A DNA stretch of 64,000 nt, counting the filler, from Circinaria calcarea (taxonomy: Eukaryota): NCBI GenBank assembly GCA_051942165.1. It is 6 parts of 6 records of this genome, joined end to end, with 100 filler letters (N's around TTAATTAATTAA, not from the genome) between each part and the next. Parts side by side here need not be neighbours in the genome. Positions count along the whole stretch, not along the records: positions 21,576 to 32,255 come from JAVECS010000776.1; positions 32,356 to 43,019 come from JAVECS010000777.1; 4 more parts are not named here. One strand, 5' to 3'. This document shows, piece by piece, positions 23,554 through 38,586 of this stretch (position 1 is the stretch's first letter; every line of letters starts with the position of its first letter). A program made the position numbers and the translations under genes. The notes under the pieces are model-generated. The model ran no database searches, was not told the origin of the DNA, and saw nothing but the letters and a program-made list of their open reading frames with translations.

Positions 23554-25105
23554 ACCTAAGCGAAAGAACCCCTTTTAACATCAACTTTGCAGTATGGTCT
23601 GTGGCCTCAGATCTGCCGACTTACATTGGTCTTAATTAACTAACAATTTCTCCGCAACTAGAATACTCCACAGTCTATGACGCCGTTGGGTGAGGTTGAG
23701 AAGACTTTTCCCCAACGAGGCTCTTTGTGCTTGCAGCGACTTGTTAAGCGTACAACCTTCATTTGCCATCGCTGCAGCCGTCGAAACAACATCAAAGCTC
23801 GTCGCCTACGCTGAGGACAAATGGGATGAACCCTTATGCAACGGCTGCTATGGTGATTTCCTGTGTATATATGAGGAAGAAGGGCAAGCATTAAAAAAAT
23901 TTGTACTGGATTGTGCTTGAGAAACCGTACAGTAACTGATGTCAGCTTGGACGAGATAATAAGACAAGCCATATTTCCTGGACGTCTCAACAATTGTCCA
24001 TTGCCTGCCGCTTGATGCCGAGACACTTAAAGTCTAAATGAGACCCTGGTCTATTGTGAATTATCAGCTCTCATCGGCGTGACCCTGGGCCGTGACCATT
24101 TATTTATTTTTCTATCTATTTTGGTTTACGATTCGGAGCGGAAAATAACAGCGGGGCATACGAGGATGCTCCATGGGGTCCCTGCCGTGAGAATCGTACC
24201 CCAGGTCATCTACATATTTCATGGTGTGTGTGCAATTCGATCTACGGCTTCATGACAATTGAAGTGCATGTATTAAACAATACAAGTCCGGTTCAGTGGC
24301 GGAGTCTGGGTGCTTGTCGTCAAGTGAAGCGCCTATTTGTTCACCTCGAGCCACCTACACAACAATTACTAGGCTGGTCTCTTGGCAGCCTGTGTTGAAG
24401 TCCACAGACGGCCACGACGTCAAGAAGTGCACGTATCTCTGCCTCACCCGTTCGTCCTAGTTTCACCTCGAAGCAATCCCGATTTTTTGCCAATAGCGTC
24501 CACATCTAGATGCGGCGCTTCCGTTTAAGTCTTCATGGAGTTCATGTACCACGGTTCTTTAGCGGAATCGCGTATCAATCGCTTTATCTATGCATTTCTA
24601 CAGGTGTTTAGCATAAAAGGCCACTTTTATAGGCGTATCGATACGCGTAGGTTTACACAGGCTATCGTTACAAAAAAGGTATCTCGCAAGAGTTGAAGGT
24701 GGTCCGCTGATAGTGCTCACCTCATCAGACTCCACGGTGACATACGGCCATCTAGCAACAGGTAAAGCTTTGTTCGTAAGCAGAAAGGCCTCTATAGCTA
24801 ATTTGTGTTTGGCACCGCTGACTCTTAGGGTGACGACTGCCCAGCCACCTTTTTCGTTACTGATGGTTTTGGAGCGGTCGATGACTGCCAGCATAAGGCG
24901 AAGATTGAGGCAAATAGGATCGATTATTCCCTCATTGGAAAATTTACGGAAAATCATGGAAATAAGCACCAATAATCCTCGGTAAGCATCATTATCCATA
25001 ATGCTGACCGAGGTATTCCCAATTAGTTACCACATTAGGGCCCAATAAACAAATTCCACCTGCGCAAGGGCTCTTATAGCTTCCACATCACCCAATTGCG
25101 ATTAG

Positions 25106-27085
<1,980 letters not shown>

Positions 27086-27619
27086 AGCTGCCTTCTTCTC
27101 CGGATCCAAGAAGCTATCCAGGTCTACAGTAGTGGTTTATATACACGACCGGTAGGACGGACGAGAGAGTTTCATAGTATTCTCGAACGCACGATGCCCT
27201 ACAGACTCCACACCCCACCTAGACTAGAATACCTGCGACACGATAGACTGATAGCCTGTGCTGCCTGAATAATAGACTGGAATGCAACATAGAAGAAATC
27301 ATGTATTTGGCAGTATGTAAATCGAATCGGACAGCTATGCAATACACGTGACTATATATTTCTGGAGGACTTCTATCTGCGTCCATGCAGCTACGGGTGA
27401 AGCTCATAAAAATTGGTTCGCAGCGACTCCACTTCACCTCCTCAGCCTGCGGTCGTCACCTCCATAAGGATGCGCGATTATGCGGCCAATCAGTACAGAA
27501 CTGCCACTGCGGTGTAAGGGAAGATAGGCGAGCATCTCTCTCTCAGACATCGTCTTCTTTTCCTCACATTCAACTGCTTGTTTTTCACCCTGGCGACGCT
27601 CTCCGCCAACTTTTCCTTC

Positions 27620-27684
27620 GCTGTTGTTGCTGTTGTTGCTGTTGTTGTTGTTGTTGTTGTTGTGTTTGTTGCTGTTGCTGTTGT
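27620..27684. repeat. (TGT/TGC)n trinucleotide microsatellite
   Basis: About 21 imperfect triplets. Confidence 0.9.
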
Positions 27685-28527
27685 GGTATTTAGCGCCAGG
27701 GGATCAAGCCACTGCTAAGTGGCGATCCTGGCCGCCCATGGGGCATGTGGGCGTGCTGTAGCTAGGTCTATACAACCCCTTGAGCAAAACTTGCCAGACC
27801 ACTCGTAGGCCTACGGCCAATCTATCGCTGTGTCCTCTGACCTCCGTTTGCCAGTAGGTATCGGCCTCCTTCCAAACAGTCTGTAGGACTGCTACGTTCC
27901 TGTGGTGCGCATTGCGTTCGCACGTGTGTTGACACGGTGTTTTGCCGCGTAGGGACTCAGAGCTGTAGGCTCCGGCCTTGCAGCCCCTATTAGTTGGTTT
28001 CGTTCGTACACCCCTTCTCCTAATGCCGATACGACCTTCGTATCAGATGAACCTCCGCCGAGTTTTCCCCCTATTACTCTCCTGTCCTAGTGTCTTACCC
28101 TCCTCTCACCTCCCTCCATATCTCGTCGAGTATTCGGTTACTTCCACGAACCTCTTGAACTTCTCTGGGTCGTCGAGCAGGACTCGGAGGTACTGTAGCT
28201 GTTCCCTATCTCTTCTCGGCGGCCAGGGAGCGGCCTTATCCTTACTCACATCGATGCTCGCCGTGACAGCCCTCGTCCGTATCAAGGAGCTTCGATTCCT
28301 GTTTCGTTCGCTAGCTTATCTGCGAGCTCGTTCCCTGGTATGTTGCAGTGTCCCGGACACCACTCGATTTTCATGTCTTGCGTGTAGCGTAGTGTTGGAT
28401 TCTTGCGCAGCAGCTCGGCCATTTACGGACACTATCTCTTTGTTAAAGCAGCCAGAACACCGAGGGCCCTGGCAGCCCTGCGTCGGATAAACCTCGGACC
28501 GGCACACAAGGAATTGGGATCTGAATC

Positions 28528-31369
28528 ATGGACGCTCTTTCTGGCTCCCCTCCACAAGCAAGTGGACATAAATGGAGCCGTGCCCCCCCTTCATCATGGC
28601 CTTCCTCATCTTCTCCTCGCCACACAGGTACAGCAGCCTTGCATTGCTCGCTTCGCATACCAAAGTCTATCGTACCGCCAGTCCCAAGTGGAGCCCGCTT
28701 CCCTCAGGCGCCCTCTGTGCCATCATCGCCCTCACTCTGTCCTCGACCGCTGCGCCGTCCGCATCCTCTATTGCAGCAGTGGTACACCGGCAAAGCGGCG
28801 CAGGCACGTCGCAAGAACCTCAAGCGACCGCCCAGTTACTACAAGAACCTCCGCCGAGAACTCCAAACGAAAGGTCGGACTGCCCCGAAGCATTCGGACA
28901 ACACTAAAAGGAGCACCGCATCACTTCTCAAGAAATGGAACAGGTCAGTCACACTAGATTCTCTATCTTGGCCCTCTGTGACGGACCGAGAGGCTGATCC
29001 TGCTGGGCTAGATTTTGCTCCGACATCGATGAATTCCCCGAAAGCTTCCTTCAGACAGCCGTTGCAGAGGATTTCAAGACGTTTCTACGGTGGACCTTAG
29101 ATCGCTACCCGAGAATCCGAGCCAGCGAGAGCCTCAACAATTACTAGCGGGTTTTGAACATGCACATCCTCGATCAAAGCGGTTGCGAGCTGGATGACAG
29201 CATCCGCAGAGACGTGACCAATATAAAAGACCCCGCTGCAAAGAATTAGCCTCGCTAACGCATCCGTCGTCGATAGTACAAGAAAGTCCTTATGGATGAA
29301 TACCAGCTCCGCAGACTCCCAAAGAAGCGACACGTCAGTAGTGTCGATAATCTCTATCACGTCCTCTTCTACCACTGGGTATATGATGATACCGTGTATC
29401 GAGATGAACGACAACGAAATTACGTGGCCACGGGCTACCTTATGGCTTCATATTTTGGTTATCGATCGGTCTCTATATTCGACACGAGGATCAAGTTCGA
29501 GGACGAAGATGACGCTCGGAAGCCCGCCGACCATGCTATTGGCGTATGCCTGACGGAAGATCATAAAGACAACCCGAGGGGCCAAGAGACGCCGCACGAT
29601 CTGGGCTGGGACGAGGAGCAAGCGGCCCTTGTCGATTCCGATTCCGATCCCGATCCCGATAACGATGCCCGCACGTCCTATGACCATGACGGCGACACTA
29701 ATAGCGACAGCGGCACCGACGATGGCGTTAATGCAGGCGTCGATAACACAGGGTCTTTACTTTAGAGACACATCACTTTTATCATTGCCCGCAGCTGCAA
29801 CCCCGGAGAATCTAATCTCCTCTTCGCCAAGGTGACGATCACTCATACGAAAGGAGAAGATAATTGCCCTCGAAAATAGGCCTAACCCTCATTACTCCGA
29901 ATCTCTAACCCTATCGCTGACCCTTCCCGAATAGGAAGACCTTCATCGTCGAACGAGAAGATAACCCTCTCCTCTACCTCCTCGACCACCTCCTCTCCCT
30001 AGCCCTCTCCGATAGCGTATTCGCCGCCGAACCGTTGCGCAACATCAGCAACATTTTCCGAGCCGAAATCCCCTCCGGAAAGAAATCTCTCCAATTAAAG
30101 ATCAAACGCAGCGCCTTAGATACTCCTGTCTTCCGTGAGCCGGGGCGCGCCGCGGATGAATATCGCACGTCCCCCTCGAAGCCATTGCGGTCGAAAACAT
30201 GGCTTCGTTACCTCACCCGACTCGGTCGCAACTCCGGGTTGGAAAAACGCTTGACCCAATATTGTACACGACGGGGCTTAATCAATACTATAAACAGTAA
30301 TTTAGTTCTCCTGCAGAGCCCGTCCAGTATCTATCGTCCCACCGACTCTAATTTCTGTCCACTGCCGCAGACCAAGCACCATCATCGGTGCGGGACTAGA
30401 TTTTCGATCATCAATCGAATACGGTCCGATATTACCTTGACCGGGAAATCTGATTCAACACCATGGCCGCGTTCTTAGGCCGTCCGTCTGATAATGTCGT
30501 CCAAAAGCTAGCCCGGCTGATGACATTAACCGTTAACCTCAACGCCCCTACCAGATTATCCGCGGAGCTATCGAAGAAGCTGGCCAACAACAAACGGATC
30601 GTTCAGCTCCGTCGCAAGAGCAAGGCATTCACCGAGAAACTTAAGCAGAAGTATACGCTCATCCGAAAGGCTCTTCCGGGTGACCCATGGCTCCAAGCCA
30701 AGAATCAGGTAGACGCGGCTTTACACCGGGAACGAAATAACCGGCGAAACCGAATGCTCGAAAAGGCCCGGAAGCGATATTTTTGAAACGCCGACACTAG
30801 TATCCTCGAGGCTCAATTTGTCGATTCGTCTCCTATCGCGTCCGACGAAGGCATCCAGTCTCCGGTAGCCCTCCACTACGATATTCCCGAGCGTAATCAT
30901 CTAGTCCGGTTGACCTGCGAGCCGATTTCCGATTTAACCGATTACGAGAAGCATGTCCGGAGGCTCGCAACCCTGCAAGCCCGGGTCGCATCTTGCGACC
31001 GACAAGAGAGTCGGCACCGCTCCCAGTTACCGTCGAGTCACCCATCGACGGAATTATTATACCCGCTCGAAAAGACCTCGGAGGACCGGAACGATGACCA
31101 GGAAAACGACTTCCCTCTGAAGTGCCGGCCCACCCAATGCATTTTTCTGCTTGGGGGATGAACGCAAATCTCATCATGGCCGAAATTCCGAATACTCTCG
31201 GCCCAACAAGATAATGAATGAGGTGGAGAGACACCTACAGATGTTTACTCCTAACGATCCAATCCCATGTCCGCATCCCAGGTGCAAGGCCAGCAAAATC
31301 GTCCTGCCACATACCATGGCGTTCAAAAACCATACGGCAGAAATACACAAGATCGTACTACGTGCTTAA
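28528..31369 (+). pseudogene. DUF3435 tyrosine recombinase (Starship captain-like), inactivated by transition mutations; start codon uncertain
   Basis: LKKWNR/FC, NNY*RVL, HWVYDD..YRDERQR..., FGYRSVS, LL*RHI, THTKGED, LLSLALSD.VF, TPVFR, RLGRNSG...LTQYCTRRG, VRD*IFDH..TVRYYL, AFLGRP, C-terminal CPHPRC...FKNHTAEIH. At least 5 premature stops plus damaged splice donors. Confidence 0.9.
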
Positions 31370-31829
31370 GCCCCGCAAACTTTTCCGAAGAGCCTAAGGA
31401 CGGTCCCCCCTAAACGAGTTCTCTACGTATTATATATAATATCCACGTTCTTTAATCTTGATATTCTGATCTATCGTCGTCCCTAAGATCCAGCCCCAGC
31501 ATCTGCTTCACAGCCTACCCGTTTAGGGTTCTGAAATGTACTCTGATTGCGGCCTCGAATGTAGCAGATCCTTTTAACCTGATATAGAGAGTTGGGATGG
31601 ACGCAAACGATATTTCCACAAGGCTGAGGCCTGATCGCTGCACAACCGAATAACGATCTAAACCTTAATAAAAGCCGCGTCAGTCGAATAGCACCTTTTA
31701 TTTAGGCGCCAACGGCAAAAATATAATAAGCTAATCTAGGCGGCCCCAATACCTCCATTAAAAAACAGATCAAAATCAACGTTGTAATTAATTTTTATAA
31801 AGTTAGATTTCCTTTTCCTTTCAATAATA

Positions 31830-32255
31830 ACTCTAGGGGTTTTTATTACCCTGGGGTTCGCGTTGACCCTAGGGATTTTTATTACCCTAAGGTTTTTTAT
31901 TACCCTGGGGTTTTTTATTACCTTAAGGTTTCCTATTCCAGGCTCCCTACACTTCCAAAATCCTCACTTCCTAAAATTTTTTATATTTCTAGGCTCCTCA
32001 CACTTTCAGAATTCTTACTCCCTAAAAATTTTTATTTTTATAAAATTTTTATTTTCTTAAAGCTTTTATTTTATTTAAATTTCTAATTCTTAAAATTTTT
32101 CAAAATCTTTATTTAAAATATATTCAAAATTATAAATACTCCTATTTATAACTCGCGTTTTATATTTTAAAAATTAAAAATATTAATTTATAATAAGTTT
32201 TAAATTTAATTTTATACTCGTTTTAATAAAATTAAAATTAATAAAGTATTAAAAT
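31830..32255. repeat. 18-bp tandem repeats (TTTTATTACCCTRGGGTT) grading into extremely AT-rich, RIP-like degraded DNA
   Basis: About 5 units at 31830-31930. The 32040-32255 segment has very little G/C and is TpA-rich. Confidence 0.75.
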
Positions 32256-32355
32256 NNNNNNNNNNNNNNNNNNNNNNNNNNNNNNNNNNNNNNNNNNNNT
32301 TAATTAATTAANNNNNNNNNNNNNNNNNNNNNNNNNNNNNNNNNNNNNNNNNNNN
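32256..32355. other. Artificial contig-joining spacer
   Basis: N44-TTAATTAATTAA-N44. Confidence 0.98.
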
Positions 32356-33599
32356 ATCAAAGCATCATCACTCCAGATAGCTTCGAGATAGACTACGACA
32401 GTGTCGATCCTGGCACCACCAAGCCCACAAAAGCCGCTATCAGAGTCAATGATCTCTTGGAGACTATCACAGGTATATTCTTTCGGTACACGACTATCAC
32501 GAAATTTTCACTAATCGTAGCCTAAATAGACCGCTACCGTCCCTTGACTTCGTTCTCGCAGAAGCTACACTTCCTAATTGACATTCAGATTGCCATTTTC
32601 GATCAGTTCCATGATCGCCTCAACTCGTCTCTAGACGCTTACCTAACGCTCACCTCATCAATTGCTCGAACTGTTCAAGGTGTTTCAAAGGATGAGCAAT
32701 CCCAACTGCAAGGTCTGGGAGGACTGGAACGTCTCTGCCGTGTTTACGGTAGCGCCGAATATTTGGAAAAGAAAATGCGTGACTGGAGTGATGACGTGTT
32801 CTTCCTGGAACTCTGGGATGAGTTGCAATTTCGCGCTAGGAAGAACACTGTCTCTGGAAGGAAGCTGGCAGGTCAGATGAGTGTCGAGGACGTAGCTGAA
32901 CGAACGTCAAGCGTCGTAGGCTCAGATGAGGATACAGGAGCATTATTCGATGAAACTGCAGGGGCTTTCCGAAGGCTTCGTGAACGGACCGAGATTTTAG
33001 TACAAGATTTGCTAATCAACAACATTCGCGAGGCTCTTCGACCTTATGGACGAATAAACCCATGGTCCTCTGTATCATCCGATGTTGTTGATGTTTCTAC
33101 GATAGCTGTTACGGCTGAGCTGGACCCTACAATCCAGCTGCTTGAATCCTACCTTTCATTCTTGTCAAAAACCTTGGCCGAAGCTCCTTTGCGTCGCATC
33201 ACTCGCCAACTGACCCTCTCAATCCAGACCTTCTTATGGGATAACGTCCTCATGCGGAATAACTTCTCTACCTTTGGCAGTGCACAATTCATGCGTGACA
33301 TCTCCGCCATCTGGGAAGCTTTCGACCGTTATCTCGGTGTCGGGCAAGGAGAGAAGGGGATGAGAAAGCTGCGTGAGGCGGTCCAGCTGTTGGCGGTGCC
33401 TGTCAAGGACGAACAAGAAGTCGCAGAGGCAGAGAGCGGAGAGAATGGGAAAATCAGCCTTGGGGCTCAGGCAGTGGAGGAACGGATCTTTCGGAGCAAT
33501 GAGAGCGCGAGGGAGGTATTGGAGGAGCTGGGGATGGAGGTGTTGACGGAGAGCGAGGCACGGCATGTTCTGGAGAGGAGAATTGAGTTGGGTAACTGA
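32356..33599 (+). CDS. TIP20: RINT-1/TIP20 family (Dsl1 tethering complex) protein, C-terminal part; intron 32473-32529
   Basis: KPTKAAIRVNDLLETITDRYRPLTSFSQKLHFLIDIQI, LERLCRVYGSAEYLEKKMRDWSDDVFFLELW, GALFDET, FSTFGSAQFMRD. 5'-truncated by the contig start. Confidence 0.9.
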
Positions 33600-33908
33600 A
33601 CTGAACTATCTGTGCTATGACGAGCCGAGATTCAAGTTACCTACTCGTTTCTACCGCTCGTAGAAGTTGTGCCTGGTTGCCTTTTCCCGTGCGGTACAGA
33701 GTAGTGTTTCCCTAAGCGATAGGTTCTGTACCCGGCAAGGCTAACCGGATATGTACTTCCGGGATTAATAAATTATTCGCTCTTTAAATACAAATATACA
33801 GGTTACAATGTCAAATCCCCCAGTAAAGTTGCGTTTTACAAGGCACATGGCTCAATCTATCTATCACTAACTCAGAAAAAAACTTCCGTCCGCAATCCCC
33901 AATCTGCG

Positions 33909-34007
33909 CCTTTCCCCTTTCCCTTTTCTTTTTCTTTTTCTTTTTCTTTTTCCCTTTTCCCTTTTCCCTTTTCCCTTTTCCCTTTTCCCTTTTCCCTTTT
34001 CCTTCTT
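33909..34007. repeat. Polypyrimidine microsatellite (TTTTTC)n-(CCCTTTT)n
   Basis: About 100 bp of pure pyrimidines. Confidence 0.9.
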
Positions 34008-36101
34008 GTTGGAAGTCATAGGGCTTGCCGGATCACGTGTTACCTACCGGTAATGCGTGGTCCATGCTCTACATTCTCCACACACCCCATAAAAGCACTT
34101 TTTCGTAGTATAGGTAGTTTACTTAGTTATACACGCTCAGGTAGCAATACATGCCACCATACATATTGCTGCTCAACATCTCTTAGGGGCCCCCTTCCAC
34201 AATCCCACCCCTCTTAACTGAAGATTGATCTTCCATCCTACCCTCATCCTCACCTATAATCTCACTTGAGTGATATCCCATCCACCCACCGAGGGTCTAG
34301 GTGAGAGTTCTTGGACAGGACAATGAAAGTTTCAAGCGGAAACAAATAGATGGAACAGATGGGCCCCGCTCGCGATTCTATGGTACCGTTGGAAGAGGCG
34401 AAAGGTTGTACGGTGTACGGTGTAGGCGCTTTTTTGGTTTTGCTAGTTGCTAGTTGCTTTGATTTTGGTTTTGGGTTTGGGTTTTTTAGGGGAACTCGGC
34501 GCTTGTACCTAGGTTACGATGTTGGATTCTCATACCAGTAAGCCTTCCTCCAATGGGCTATGGCTACTATGTGGGATTTGAGAGGTATACGGAGTACACC
34601 AATGGCTATTGCGTGGGTATGGGTATGGGTATGGGAATGGGTATGGGTATGCATAGTGAGTCTTTAGTGCGTAGCAACGGAAAAGGGGCTATTCAGGTCA
34701 AAACGAACAGCGAACAACCTATGTCTAACTGCGTCGGGCGAGAGTGAAATGGGAGGGTTTTTCCAATGGGATGCTGTTTAATATCTTGCGGTATATTACT
34801 GGCCTTGATGCCCATGTATGATAGATGGATTTTATACAACGTAAGCGGTAATACCGGTATGTCTTAGCTTTTTTAACATGCGAGGGGGAGAGGGAGAATC
34901 GTAGAATGGCAGGGTTGTGGAGTTAAGCTAGGGGATGGAAGGGATTTTTTTTCCGGAATGGAGTACGGCGGGAAGGGGGAAAGTAGTACCTGTTTACCTT
35001 CTTATTCTAGAATCTTCAAGGGATTCCTGCCTCCCTCGGGAAGGTTTTCACCCCTTTTTCATTTATTAACTGGAAGCTCGTACAAGGAGATCCCAGTTCC
35101 CGGGGGAAAGGATCGTGATAGTAATAGCGTGGTGCGGTGTGAGTATCTGTTCGTTTTTGTTGGTTTGAGCTCCATGTTCCGGTCGCTTAAAGTCAGCAAT
35201 ATTGAAGTACTTCTTTTAATTTCCCCCCGTGGGAAATTAGAGTGTGAGGAGGGGGAGGAAGTAATCGATGGATGTTCTAATTGAAAACGGAGAATGGCAG
35301 TTTTATACCCCTTGGGTGTTTGGGTTTTGAGATTATACAGAGGGAATGAACCTAGAGGTGGTGAAATCCAAGCTGTTGCTACATTTATGGCGTTAGTTGA
35401 TGTCTTCTCTAGTTGTTCTGAAGGGTTTACGCTTTTTGAAGTTTATAATCTTCGTCTCTAGGGGTCTGAGTAACTTGACAGTTTTCTGCAATGCGCTCGA
35501 GGTATGATACGTAGTACTACCTGTAAGCTCTCTGAAAGCTCCCAATTGTGCTTCAATCGGGTTGGAAGGATTGCTTGTGTAGATTAATCGAGTAGGGAAA
35601 AGTGGTTGAGTAGTGATACGTCCTTACGATGTGCGTGGGAGCGGGCGGATACGTTAGTAGGATCACTCGGAATGAGAGGGTGGACTATGGGTATGGGCAC
35701 AGTTAGGGAATGTGCTTTGCAAGTTTCCGTTATAGTACAACTGTAGCCATGAGATACTGACAGTGGTCTTGGGAATAGTGAAATAGCCGGAATAACAGCT
35801 GCTTGATAATAATGTTTCTACCGCCAGTGAACTCACTTGCAGTTGTTTATATCTAAAGTCACTAGTCTAGAAGAGGAAATAAATGAACTTGCAAAGTAAG
35901 GATTCAAAAGTGCTAATTTTTCGAATAGCAAGCTGTCAAACTGCAAATATTTCCGTTTTTTGAAGCTGAACCAATACCGAAATGGAGTCCCCCAAGCTTG
36001 GCTGTGAAAAAGAACAATCGAGAAGCAAATGAGAGAAAGCTGATAAAAGCCCCATATCATAAGAGTTAAGCCCTCCCGCTGATAACCTGCAAATCGAGAG
36101 C

Positions 36102-38586
36102 TCATCCGTGATGATACTCCACCGTGTCGACAAAGATCTCGTTGCCATCTTCATCCTGATCGCCCTGATCGCCCGAGGTGCCTCCAGCTCCCCTATTATC
36201 TTGACTGCCTTGATTCCCGTTTTCTCCACTGTTCTCCTCATGTAGAGTGGTAACGTCCGGGCCTTCACAGTCGCGTTTGATACTCCGCAGTAGAGCCTCA
36301 AAAGCTGGAAGCCATTCATCACAAACCCCTTTCCGTCGCTTTGCGAGTTCTAAGGCCGTGGATCCTCGAAGCTTCTCCTCGATTTCAATGCCTATGAGAT
36401 CAGCTCTTGTCAATTCTTCCAGGACAGGAGTATCGGAGTACAAAGCGGCAGCTTGGAGGATTGTACCGGTTTCGCTTGACGTGGAATGATACGGGGCTCC
36501 TCGCTGCAGTAGTAAGCGTACGATTCTGCTTTCATTCCCCATGACGGCGTTATGGACAACGGTATCACCTGTGTTTTCCGCAACGTGTAGATCGGCGCCT
36601 TGTTCTACTAAATACTCTGCAAGCTGGAAACGCCCATTAAAACTCGCTTGCAGTATGGCTGTTGCACCCGTGCAGTTTCGAGCGTTGATATCAGCTCCAT
36701 GATCAATAAAAAGCTTAGCAATGTCCATTGCGTCGATTTGCTGCGATGCTGTAATCAGCGGTGTTGCCTGGCATAGTCCTCGGCAATCGACTTCTGCGTG
36801 GGCATCAAGGAGTAATCTGCAACACGAATAGTTTCCGGAGTATGCAGCGGTGTGAAGCGGGCTATGACCCTTTTTTGTAGATATACCGGGATCAGCTCCA
36901 TGTTCAAGCAGTATCTTGAGACATTTAGCATCCCCCCTTCTAGCAGCCCAATATATAGCTGACCTCCCTCCTGAGTCACATTCGTTAATGAGTGACCGCG
37001 ACATTCCTTGGAGTGCAATAGAAAGATTGAGTGGCAAGATACCAAGGACGATCTTATGTAATAGTGTGAATTGGAAACCTTCAAGCGTTTCCGTGTCACT
37101 GAACATAAGTTGAAGTTTTCGAGATGTCTCTATAGGAAACTCGTTACCTAGTATCACAAGCCAAGCAGAAACGTACGGTACTCTATATTTATTAACACAA
37201 GTCTCAGAACATGTATGAACTGCAGATGGACTCACCTGGGAACGCTTTCTTCATACGGATCAGCTCCGGCATGCAGTAGAACTTTACAAACCTCAATGTG
37301 TCCACCTTGAATAGCATACTACATAGAAATAATGTAATATTTAGTTGCCAATCTAATAGAGTGAATTTTACAACTCACGATTAGTACCGAATAACCTGTC
37401 TTAGAGCCAACATCAAATGGTGACCCGCGACCTTCTCTTAGAAGCCTCTTTATGCCCTCAACATTACCTTTTATTGCATATATCATGATTTCGGAGCTAT
37501 CAGTCACACGTCTTATCACTCGAAGAAGCTGCTCCGGGCCAAGATTTTGTCGGTGCTTTATTTGAATTTTCAGAATCCTCATTAAAAACCAGGCTGGAAA
37601 GTAGTAGATGAACGATAAACTGAGACTGCGCTGTTGAAGGCAATCACGAACGTCGCATCTTGGGCCCATGATGGGAAGGCCAACGTAGCCAAGAAATACA
37701 GTTCCGAGCAATCGATCAAGTATTGAAGGGCTTCTCCAGCGCTGACGGCGATGGCATATGCACCCACAATCATGCTCACAGGGTTCCTGATACGAAGTCG
37801 AAATCCTGATTGTTTTAGACATAGTATCATTTGAATAACCTCCAGCACTTAGTAGTGAATGAGGAAGTTCATTTATCCCAGAAGTCGCAACGTTCGGCTC
37901 ATTAGATGGGCGAGCTAATGCGTTATTGGATTCGTCAGCCAGAATCCGATGCCTGCCAAGATGGGTTTCAAGCAGTTGATCCAAGGTGCCTTCGATGGCT
38001 CTTTGATGATGAGCCAAGGATTGTGATGCCTCCTGCCGTTGGATTCTGCTCGTATCATCCATAACGAACTGGATTCGCTCCAGTCTCGTAACAATGCGGT
38101 ACGAAGTGGAGCTTCAACGCTAGTTAGACATGATCCATAATCGTGGGGGCCAAGACACGCTTACGCGTTAAGCAGTCCAAGGGCTGCAACTAGATCGAGT
38201 CGGATAGAACGTAGATCGCCCTGAATCCTCTGTACAGTGGTCTGTTGACGTGCCCAAGCAAATCGATTCACAGTAGCGTTACCATGATCGCCCACAATCA
38301 TGATCTGGTATTCCAGGATCCCCTCAAGTTCTAATAACTTTTCCTTAGCTCGCTGTAATGAGCCACTTAGGCTCTGATGAAGAGGAGGTCCACTTGAGTC
38401 AATATCTCTTCTCAGCAACGTATCGATCTCTTGCAGAAGAAGTCGAAGGTCTTCGATCTCGTTGTTCAAGGCCCGAATGGTATTGGGAGCTCCACGAAGC
38501 AAAGCAAGCTTACCTAGGGTTCGACCGACACTGCTCGCAGCTCCAACGACTGCAACAATACCAGCAGTGACGGATAATGGATCCAT
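36102..38586 (-). CDS. HeLo-like/fungal STAND N-terminal domain + Cys/His motif + ankyrin-repeat protein; exons 38586-38165, 38111-37379, 37318-37236, 37182-36102
   Basis: MDPLSVTAGIVAVVGAA...APNTIRALNNEIEDL N-terminus, CEHDCGCICH motif, and ankyrins (GRSAIYWAARRG, GHSPLHTAAYSG, ATPLITAS, GDTVVHNAV). Three phase-consistent GT-AG introns. Confidence 0.85.

Noticed and set aside
27385..27693. Poly-cysteine metallothionein-like ORF
   Set aside because: It is the translation of a TGT/TGC microsatellite with no other coding support.
34612..34650. (GGGTAT)n as a telomeric repeat
   Set aside because: It is short, internal and does not match TTAGGG; an ordinary microsatellite.
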